The translations under genes were made by a program, and so were the position numbers. Below the pieces are notes generated by a model. It worked only from the letters and a program-made list of their open reading frames with translations. It did no database searches and was not told where the DNA came from. From the human T2T-CHM13v2.0 reference genome, Homo sapiens, in NCBI RefSeq assembly GCF_009914755.1, contig NC_060944.1: 64,000 nucleotides of DNA. One strand, given 5' to 3'. Below, piece by piece: positions 55,293 to 64,000 of this stretch. Every line of letters starts with the position of its first letter. Position 1 is the stretch's first letter.

Positions 55293-56330
55293 ATCTCCCT
55301 CCTGCTAAGTCTGCGCTGCTGCAGGAGGGCTGGGGGAAGGGCAGGGGTGTGGAGAGGGGGTGCCTGGTGTCTTCTTTCTCTCTCTGCCCCCACCAAGTGC
55401 GGACGCATCGAGCTTCGGCCCCCACCCCTGCATTCGCGATTGGCTCCCGGAGGAGGTGGCTGGTGCTGCCGCCGCTGCAGCATCTCCTAGGGAGCCGCGA
55501 CCCTGCGCCCGCCGCCGCTGCCGCTGTCACCAGCCCGGCCCCAGGGGTGCCCTGGGCTCCGCGGTGAGTCCTGCTCAGCCCATCACCACCGCTGGGCCGC
55601 CGGGACGGCCCCTGCAAACTTGCCGGGCACCGCGGTGGGGGGTGTGCCTGCCAGCGAGGTGGGTGCTGCGGGTGCCGGCGCCGTGCGGCTCCGGCGGGGG
55701 TGCCGTGGAGTTTTCTCTTGGCTCGCGGCATCATCCACATTTGGAAAACTGCAGAGCCAGCAGCCGGCAGGGCCTGGAGGGCGCGTCCAGCTGGGAGGCA
55801 GGAACTTTGACTTGCGGGCATTTTGCAAGAAAGCAGCGGCCCCCCACGCGGGCAGTGGATGGCATGGGGGCTTCGGGGCTGGGCTGGGGGCGCGATTCAC
55901 CTGCCGCTCCGCAACAAAGCCCCGGCAGCCGGGCGTGGGGCTAAACTTACCTTGAACTTGCAGTATCCCCCACTGAGGTGCTGGTGGGGGGCAGGGATTC
56001 CCGAGCTGAGCGGCGGCGAGGCTGCCCCCGGCCGGGACTCGGCACTTCTGCAGCTCTCCCAGCCACGTCAGGGTCAGGAGGCGTTTACAGGGGCAGGGCG
56101 GCGAGGTGGGGGGCGGGGGGCACATGTGGGCGGAGACTAGGGGGGCTTCGGGGAGAGCAGCCCTGGTGGTCGGCGTCTGTGCAGGTCCCTGCTGGGGAGC
56201 TTGACTTCCCGCGTGGCCTCCCGCGGCGCTGATGCCGGGGGCCGGGCGGTATTCACCGCTGAAGAGCCCCGGAGGAGGCCCCGGGCACAGGAGCCAGCTC
56301 GGCTCACGGTGGGGTCTGCTTGGAGGCGGC
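54700..56330. promoter_or_regulatory. CpG island spanning the overlapping 5' ends of MIR1-1HG and CRMA
   Basis: Visibly high CpG density (ccgcgg, gccgccgctgccg, cggcggcg) relative to the flanks; not computed. Confidence 0.75.
55240..55289 (+). repeat. (TC)25 perfect microsatellite
   Basis: Directly visible. Confidence 0.98.
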
Positions 56331-57324
56331 TGGGTGCTCTTTTTCTATGCAGACGGGAAACTTTTTGAAAAGTGACTACAATTCATTTGTGAGTGGGCAG
56401 AAGTCCTGTGGACTCTGGCTGGGTCTGGGGTGACTCTCCTGCCCTTTGGGACTCCCAGCTTTCCCCTTGACCCCCAGACCCCGTCCAGATGAATGCCTCA
56501 CAGGTCGTGGGGGCTTGAGCCAGGCTGCGGGAGTGTCCCAGGCTCTGAGAGCTCATGTGCCAGGGAGCTGGGGACGTTGAGGAGGCCTTTTCCCTGGACT
56601 CCGGGGACGGTTATTGCGGAGGTCTTGGGAGGGCACAGATGAGCGGCGGAACCCAGGTGCCCCCGAAGTTGAAGCTCAGGCTGCGGTGTCGGGTGCCCTT
56701 TTTGTATCCTTGGCTACGTGAAAATGATAAATCACAGCAGCTACGTGGAAATGGGACATCAGCTTCTGCTTCTGTCTGCCATTTGCTCCTTCCTTTGTAG
56801 AGGGGATGCCTCCAGAGCCTTAAGCACAACCCCCACCCCCCGCCCCCACCCACCCCCACGTGAAACTCCAACCCAGCCATGCCCAGCTGCAGACCCACTG
56901 CCACACAGCCACAGCATGCTCAGTGGCCTCTGCACACTGCAGGCTCTGCGGAGACATTGCCCTGCCCTGGGTGGTAAGAGAGAACCAACTCGCTCCGGGC
57001 TGTCCCCTCGCATGGACGGGCTGCCTGGAGGAGCAACAGAGTCATGTTGGACCTCTCTTCCTGATGAGGACAACGGGAGGTCCTTTCATGTCCCGGGGCT
57101 GCTGTCCCACCCCACGCCAGGGTCAGTGGCAGGACAGGGGCCAGGGCCCAGCTGGACCCCACCGCTTAGCAAGCCTCCTGTGTCTGTGCCCGGCCTGCAC
57201 CCCCAACTGGCGCCTCCCTGGCCCCCGTCCCCCCCAGGCACCTGCAAAGCCTTCTTTCCACCTCTCACCACCGCACGTGCCAGGCTCGCCCTGGGCCACT
57301 GCGAGGCCTCGAAACCCTGCAGGC

Positions 57325-57348
57325 CTCCTCCTCCTCCTCCTCCTCCTC
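57325..57348 (+). repeat. (CCT)n short microsatellite
   Basis: cctcctcctcctcctcctcctc. Confidence 0.85.
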
Positions 57349-58830
57349 TCCCCGCTCCCAGCAGGTTCGGGGCGGCTTCCCTTCCTGCTGGTGAGGGCCT
57401 AACCTTGAGGTCCCATTGGTCTCCTTCTGGCTCTTTCTCCACATTTTTCAGAGTCTGGCTTCACGGCTGGTCATAGAAGTTGGCAGGGAAGGAGGCAGCC
57501 TCTGCTTCCCACTCAGAGACATTTTTAAACGCAATGAAAAACATATCGATACAATTAAGTATTCCAAAGTGCTTAGTTTGCCACTCGCTAAGTTTACTTA
57601 AACCCTCTTTAACAGGCTCATTAGGAGCTGGTGAGCACCGGGAAATTCATTAACAGGAAGGCGGCCCCCTGCATTTGACTGTAAATTGGTATTGATCAGG
57701 GGCTGGTGGAGGCTGGGCGGCTGGCCACAAAGAGCCAGGTGTGGGACCAGCCTCCCGGGGGTGCCACGGCAGTGGCGCTGGGCAGGTGACGGTGGCTGCT
57801 GACCCCCGGTGCCCATGTAAGCTGCTGGCTCTGCGCAGCTGCCGCTTCAGGTGGGCCGCACTGCGCGGCGGTTCAGGGTGGTGACGCTGCGAGGCGGGGA
57901 CGGGGGAGAGGGTGAAGAAGAGCGAGAGAAGGAGGGAGAGAACCGGGGGAGCGACGCTCCCTCGCCCACTGGGTGTCTGCTGTGGCCAGGCTGAGGCACC
58001 TAGGGAGTTGCCCCCCTAGTGGACGGCCTCTCAGGAGATCCTGACCACCCTCTGGGAACCTGGACTCCTCCAAGCATCGTCTTTCTCGCCTGCATCTTCG
58101 GAGAGAGGTGCTGAGCCCTTCCTCATGGATACGGGGTCCCGGGAGGCAGCCTTCACCAGGGACCTGCCCAGGAAACCAGCAGATGCCCAGGTAAGCCCCC
58201 AGGACACCTCTCGGGTCTCTGGTCTGCAGTTCCTCGTCTGGCCTCAGGAGCAAGGAGTTGTCCAGCTCCCGGAGAAGGAGGAGGCTGGTCCTGCGAGTGG
58301 GGTGCTGGGCAGGGCGCCCCCCAAGGTTCCTCTCTCCACCCAGCCCTCTCTGGGCTTGGCTGGGATGAGGTGACCCAGGGGGACAGGAAAGTGTTGGCTT
58401 TGAAAGTTTGGGACATGGATGATGCCTCCCTGCTCTGGGGTGAGGGTGGAGGGGCAGCCTGTCTCTTCCATGGACGCAAAACCGAGCTACTGCTGGGGCC
58501 AGGGACAGGCGCTCGAGACTTTCTGGGGCTCACTGTCCACTTCTGCCTTTCTGGATCGTGTGAGTGTGTGAGACAGACAGAGAGAGATGGATTCAGGGAT
58601 GGAGGGGCGCCGAGGTCAGAAGGGGGCAGGGAGTCCTGGGCCCCTGGGGGTGGCTGGACACCAGGCAGCAGTGGCAGGAAGGCTGTCCTGCTCACACAGA
58701 GAGGGCTCCGGCAGTAGACTCCAGGGAAGAAGTTACACTGCCTCTGAGCTGCCTTCTCTACATCGCAGTGGGGTCAGCTTCTACCGGGGCGGCGTCCCGG
58801 GGTCTTGGAACTGCATGCAGACTGCCTGCT

Positions 58831-58901
58831 TGGGAAACATACTTCTTTATATGCCCATATGGACCTGCTAAGCTATGGAATGTAAAGAAGTATGTATCTC
58901 A
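58831..58901 (+). ncRNA. MIR1-1: pre-miR-1-1 hairpin; mature miR-1-3p at 58876-58897 (TGGAATGTAAAGAAGTATGTAT), 5p arm at 58837-58858
   Basis: Exact match to the known miR-1 mature sequence. The arm ACATACTTCTTTATAT pairs with ATGTAAAGAAGTATGT, and the loop GCCCATATGGACCTGCTAAGCTA is the mir-1-1 paralog type. Confidence 0.99.
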
Positions 58902-61900
58902 GGCCGGGACCTCTCTCGCCGCACTGAGGGGCACTCCACACCACGGGGGCCGCCGCGGCCGACAGCCAGCCAGGCGGCTGTGGTGGGGGTGAGGCTGGGG
59001 CGGCAGGCTGCCTGGGCGTTGGTGGACGGTCGTGTCCCCGCCAGCATTGTTCTGTCACTTTGCCTGTGTCAGCAGGTGGAAGTGCTCACCAGACATTAAA
59101 TATTCAGCTTGCTGACTGCGGCAGAGGGGAGGCGGCCTCCGGCAGGCGCGGGGTCCAGCGCGGGGCTGGTGAGGGCTGGGGGGTCGGGGCCGTGGCTGGA
59201 AAGCACGGAGTGGTGGCGGCGGCTCTGGGGGCTCCACTGATGGCCATCCTGGAAGAGGCCATCAGCCGGCAGAAAGGGCCACGTGTGGCCAGGGCAGAAA
59301 CTGCTCAGAGGCACAAGACAAGAGCGAGTTTGGAAAAGGGCAGGTGGCTGGATGCAGAAAGGAGGGAGAGGCTGGGCAGCACATGGTAGAGTCTGCGGAG
59401 GGAAGGCACCTCCTGCACCTGCATCCAGCCCTCCCGGCTGTAGGGCAAGGCAGAGGAACTCGGAGGCATGTAGCCTCCAAGGAAGGCGCAGCCCACACGA
59501 GATGCTGGGGACGCGGGCAGGGTCAGGGCCACCACTGCCCTTAGGCCCCACTCCTCTGCCGAGGGCACCTGGGACAGGGTCAGAGGAGCTGAGTCTGTGC
59601 AGCCCTGAACCCACAGCCCACCCCAGGGGCCTGGGAGCCGTTCGATTTTGCCAAATGTCTGGTTCATGCCGCCCCAACCTGTACCCCCACCAAAGCCCCG
59701 GTTCAGCTTTCTCTCTGTTCCGCCGAATCCAACCTGAGGCATGTTTTGCTGTGAATGCAGGTGAGGCTTTGGCAGAAAGCAGCGTGTGGCCCAGGGCCCC
59801 TTGCCCCACCTGTCGGGGGCCTGAGAGCCATCTGCTCTGCCGCCATCCCAGTCCTGACCCGAGAAAGGACTGGGAGGATGTCCTGGGGCCCAGGGGATGA
59901 GGGCAGGTCCGGATCCGTCCGTGAAACCCTTTTCCCCAGTGCTGGTCCTTCAAGGAGAGGATGGGCGGCGGGTTCTGGGGTCTTAGGCAGCGGCTGGGCT
60001 GCTGTGTGAGGGGCGTTTGCCCGGCTCGTTTCTGAGTCTCAGATTGGAGGCGTTTGCCACCTGGGATGAGGCCAGGTCCCTGCCTGGGCACCCCCACCCT
60101 GCCACAGGCCTCAGGATTAATTTCTGGGGTGTGTGTCCTCTCTGCCTTGGCACTGCTCCAGCCACAGCGGTGCCCCTGTGCCCTACCTCCCGCACCCTGG
60201 CCTTCGGCAGGAATGAGGCGGGAAGGGACAGGCAGGCAGCCCCCTCCTGCAGCGGCTGGAGGCCTTGGGTCTGGGGGCAGCCAGGTCACCTGAGCAGCTG
60301 GGGCCAGCATAGGGAGCGCTGGATAAAGGGATTGGGGGCCGTTCTGAGCTTTCAGGTGGCTCCCACCCCTCAGGGAGCCTCGAGGTGACTGGAGGGGAGG
60401 GCCTGGCAGTCAGGGCTCCTGGCCTTCAGGTCTTCCTTCTGGAAACTTCGTTCTCCCAGCCTCAGCCCCATCTGGCGTAGCAGCAAGGGGGCGGGTGTTG
60501 ACCTCGGGCACAGCCTCCTCTCGGCCTCTGGACCCGGAGGGTCAGTGCCCAGCATCCGCTGACGTCATCTCTTCCCTGCCTGCTCCCAGCTCCGGCCACA
60601 GGGAGGGAAGTAGCCGGGCGTGTGGCCACCGAGGCTGCCGGTGGCCACAGACACACCGTTCTTTTCCCCTAGATGCGGCTGTTGTACATTAAAGCTTTAT
60701 TGCAGGATGTGGTGTTTAAATAAAAGCATTAGTGTTTTGGAATTAGGTTTGACTGAGCAGTAAAACTGGAGAGTTCACAGGGAGAGAGCTGCGGCCTGCT
60801 TGGCGGTAAATCACCTCCAGTCTCTGATCTGCTGAATTAAAAATGAGCATTGCACGGACACCGCCCATGGCAGCCCGAGCCCCTCTCCCCTGCACGTGTG
60901 GCCTGATGGTGCTCCCTGGGGATCCTGCTGCTTTCCTGGAGACACTGGGACCCGGGGCTGGAGTCTCCCATGCGTGAATCTCTAAAGCTTGGCTCCCGGG
61001 CAGCAGCCAGGACGGGAACCCCAAACTGGCGTGGGGCATGGACACGCTGGGACTTTCCCCTGTGGGGGTCTTTGTGCCTGTCCGTTTGAAGGAGGGGAGA
61101 GCAGGCAGGGCGGGGGCACAGACCCTCACTGGCTATGTCTTGCCCGCAGGGACTCTCCTGAGACGGCTTAGGCACGCTACCATGGGGGCCGGGACTCTCA
61201 GAGGGAAATGAGCCTGGACTGGGCTGAGGGGGCTGGACATGGGACACCCACCCCCTCGCCTGCCAGCTCGGGAACCCAGGTGGGTTTGTGTGGCCATGAG
61301 GAGGTGGCCAGTGCCGGTGTCTCTCACTCCCTAGAGCAGGTAGCACCAGGTGTAGGCTTCTGGGTTTCCCAGAACACTCTGGAAACTGCCCCACGGTGAT
61401 CAGAGGCTGGGCCAGGCTCCCGCTCGTGGAAACAGCCGCTGCAGAAATTGTGGAGCTCATAAATTCAGCGGACCAAATTAGTTACCTTTTTCTATCCTAT
61501 GGCTCACAAAAGCTAGCTATGCTCCAGGCACTGTTTCCACCCGTGAGTGAGACCGGCTCTGGGTCCTGGAGCTTGCACGCAGGAGAAGGACGGTCTTTGG
61601 GAAGGGACGGCCCCGCTGCTGTGCCTGCACGCGTGTGTCACGATGAGTGGTCTTGCATTTCTGCAGCCAGGGGGCCGAGGACATAGTGGCACCCCCTTCT
61701 AAAGAGGGGGCCTTTGGTGATTCTGGCTTAGTAGTGCATTCAAGTGCAATACAGTGTTTTATTGCACAAGCATTCAAAGCAGGCGCAGCGGCTGGTGAGA
61801 GCATTCGCGAGAGGTGCGTCGGCAGTCTCTGTGAAACTGTCGGGCTCACATGGGGAACGTTGCGTCGAAGAATAAACTGCTATCAAGCATGATTAGATTG

Positions 61901-63187
61901 ACCCACAGGACAGATATTTTAGATGCCGCAGCCGGAGTCAATCAAAATGAACATCACTCGAATTGCAAATTTTACCCAAAAAATGCTCTAAAGTAAAAAT
62001 GAGAGAACCTGAGTGGCCCGAGCCATCTTCAGGGCCAGGGCGTGGCTGGGCAGTGCTGGCCTGAAGGGTTTCTGGGCAGGGATGGCCAGAGGTGGGCGGG
62101 GCGGTGCAATGCCGTGAGTCGCTGCCACCTTCGCATGAAGGGTAACCCAGCAACCTGAGGGATTTTGTGCTGACTCAGCCCCGCCGTGCACGTCCGACTG
62201 CAGAGGCCTCCCGTGCTCTCTGCAGCCCTGCTCCTGCCTTTGATGCCCCCGGGCAGGATGCTGACCTCGGGGTGGCTGGGCTTGGGCCCCAGCAAGGGAG
62301 GCTCTTGGACAGGAGCACAGGGCTTTGTGAGGGGCCCTGGCCTTGCCCACTGTCCTTGGCCAACCAGCAGCCTCTGTCCCTGTGAACTGGAGGCATCGCA
62401 CCCAGGAAGAGCTGGGCATGGCTTTTGGGAAGGGAAGGCACCCGCAGACAGTATCAGCAGCTCCCAGAGCCTTGTGCTGTCTGCTCCTTCCTGAGGTCCC
62501 AGGCCCAGCTGGCCAGAGCTTGGGGCTGGGAGGGCCCTCCCCGGAGGCCCCTGGGTGCCCAGGGAGGACTCTGCCTTTGGGGAGGACTCTGCCTTTAGTG
62601 CTCAGAGTCCCCAGCCGGCTCTGACCCCTGGAAGCCCGTCCTGCTGAGTGGGGAGGGGCGGTGACTGCAGCAGAGGAGTGGGGCAGGCTGCTGCCGAGCT
62701 GCCGCCTGGGATGCTGCAGAACACCGCAGGAAGCATGCAGGGCTGCGCGTCTCAAGGGCAGGGATCAGAGGGCCACCTCTGGCAGCTCCACCGCTGGCTC
62801 CCTTAGATAGAGGGACACAGGGCCGAGGTTCCCGCACAGCGGTCACTGCAAAGGCACTGTGAGCTCGACTGATTCACCCAGGTTTCAGAGGCACCACTAA
62901 GCCTCAGGCCAGGTCTGCTCCCTGCATCAGGCGGGCTGCCCCATTGGGGTGCAAGTGTGTGATGCTGAAGGACAGAGATGCTGGGGGGGACACTGGGCCT
63001 CTCAGGCCTCCTGTGTCTACCCCAGGGAGAGAACATGGGAGAAAGAGCCCTGTTTCAGGAGTGCTGGGTGCAGAGGTCACTGGCTGCTCCCTGGCCAGGA
63101 GGTGGTCACCCAGAAGCCTTGGCGGTGGGAGGCTGGGGTCCACTCCTCACAGGGTCGAGCAACTCCTTGGCTGGGACTGGAGGCAGG

Positions 63188-63207
63188 TGTGTGTGTGTGT
63201 GTGTGTT
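63188..63207 (+). repeat. (TG)10 microsatellite
   Basis: Directly visible. Confidence 0.9.
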
Positions 63208-63254
63208 TGCATGGGCGTGCACGGAGGACGATTTCTGGGATGACTGGGACAATG

Positions 63255-63510
63255 ACCCAGAATATTTTTAACAGCGGCAGGAGAGGGGGTAGAAGGCAGC
63301 TGTCCCTGGAACCTGTCCCCGGGGGGCCCCGTGGGGATGTTTTGAGGTTGAAGGACGCCCAGGACAGTTGCACCGTGTGGCGCTTGTTGTCCTGGCAAGC
63401 CGATGCCCTCTGTCATGCCCAGATATGGCTCCAGGGCTGCATGTGTCTCCCCAGCTGCCCGCCCGCCCACCACGCCAGTATAAATAGTCCGCGTTCTCAG
63501 CTGTCCCATG
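63255..63510. promoter_or_regulatory. Candidate intragenic muscle enhancer between miR-1-1 and miR-133a-2
   Basis: MEF2-like ATATTTTTAA 63262-63271 and GTATAAATAG 63478-63487; CArG-like CCAGATATGG 63419-63428; E-boxes CAGCTG at 63297, 63452 and 63498, and CAGTTG at 63365. Confidence 0.6.
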
Positions 63511-64000
63511 GAGAGGCTGAACTCGGATGACTCTGCCGGAGCTCTAGGAGTGCCCCCGACCCCGCCCACCGCCTAAGTGCCTGAGGCCAGCAGCTGTAGC
63601 GGGACAGAGGCCGGGTGAGGCTCTGGGCTCTTGGGCTCTGCCTCTGTCTCTCCCTCCTCACCTGCCCCCTTGGAGGGTGTCAAGTCCAGGAGGGACCCAG
63701 CTACCTTCTGTCGTCCCTTCCCCAGGGCATGGCGGGGACTTTGCCCACTGAGAGTGAAGAGGGACAAGAATCCCCACCCTGGGAGTGGGTGCAGGGAGCT
63801 GCTTGGTTCCCTGGCCTCGGGCTCAGGCCTGCAGCAGGCGAGACTGTCGCTGGGGTCCCTGCTGCCCCTCCCTCGGGTACCTCCTCACCTGTCCCGGCCC
63901 TCCTCCCACATCAGCTGTAGCAACACACTCCAGAGGCCTTGCAGGCCCGAGCACCAGCTTGCCAGGCCCCTTCCCAGGGGAACTGGCTTTCCCTCCACCC

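Larger units (their letters stand above)
54965..64000 (+). ncRNA. MIR1-1HG: miR-1-1/miR-133a-2 host gene, 5' part (runs beyond the window)
   Basis: TATA-defined start. Candidate donors after 55008 (CAG|GTCAGG) or 55563 (GCG|GTGAGT). An internal exon ends at the strong donor CAG|GTAAGC (58190), with candidate acceptors before 57851 or 58035. miR-1-1 is intronic and in sense orientation. Name from locus knowledge. Confidence 0.8.

Noticed and set aside
58008-58024. CTCF-like motif (reverse CCACTAGGGGGGCA)
   Set aside because: An extra G disrupts the core, and such near-matches are frequent at this GC content.
59096-60310. 404-aa minus-strand ORF
   Set aside because: Composition typical of random GC-rich sequence (P/G/A/R/S), no domain, and antisense to a host-gene intron.
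58902-64000. miR-133a-2 hairpin (TTTGGTCCCCTTCAACCAGCTG)
   Set aside because: Not seen in the window; expected roughly 10 kb downstream of miR-1-1, beyond the edge.

Overview
GC-rich human (hominid) subtelomeric-type genomic DNA. It is identifiable as the chr20q13.33 MIR1-1 locus because it holds an exact copy of the hsa-mir-1-1 hairpin (58831-58901, +). About 3.9 kb upstream is a muscle-type promoter (perfect MEF2 site, E-box/MEIS, CArG-like box, TATA; 54670-54970) at the edge of a CpG island; it fits the host gene MIR1-1HG (ex-C20orf166), whose partner miR-133a-2 should lie beyond the right edge. A spliced antisense lncRNA (CRMA / MIR1-1HG-AS1) can be traced by minus-strand splice signals from about 56.1 kb down to about 47.6 kb. 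The first ~47 kb shows no credible protein-coding gene. It has large strand-skewed tandem arrays, MaLR LTRs, nested L1M/MER6A/Alu elements and several short motif-dense islands that look like muscle, cardiac or endothelial enhancers. Almost every long ORF in the track is a repeat or GC-content artefact. I found no evidence for a wholly new biological system. The best leads are a candidate intronic poly(A) site that could uncouple miR-1 from miR-133a, candidate enhancers, two splice-split ORFs invisible to the ORF track, and a 78-bp dispersed duplication. Gene names and repeat subfamilies come from memory, not from a database search.
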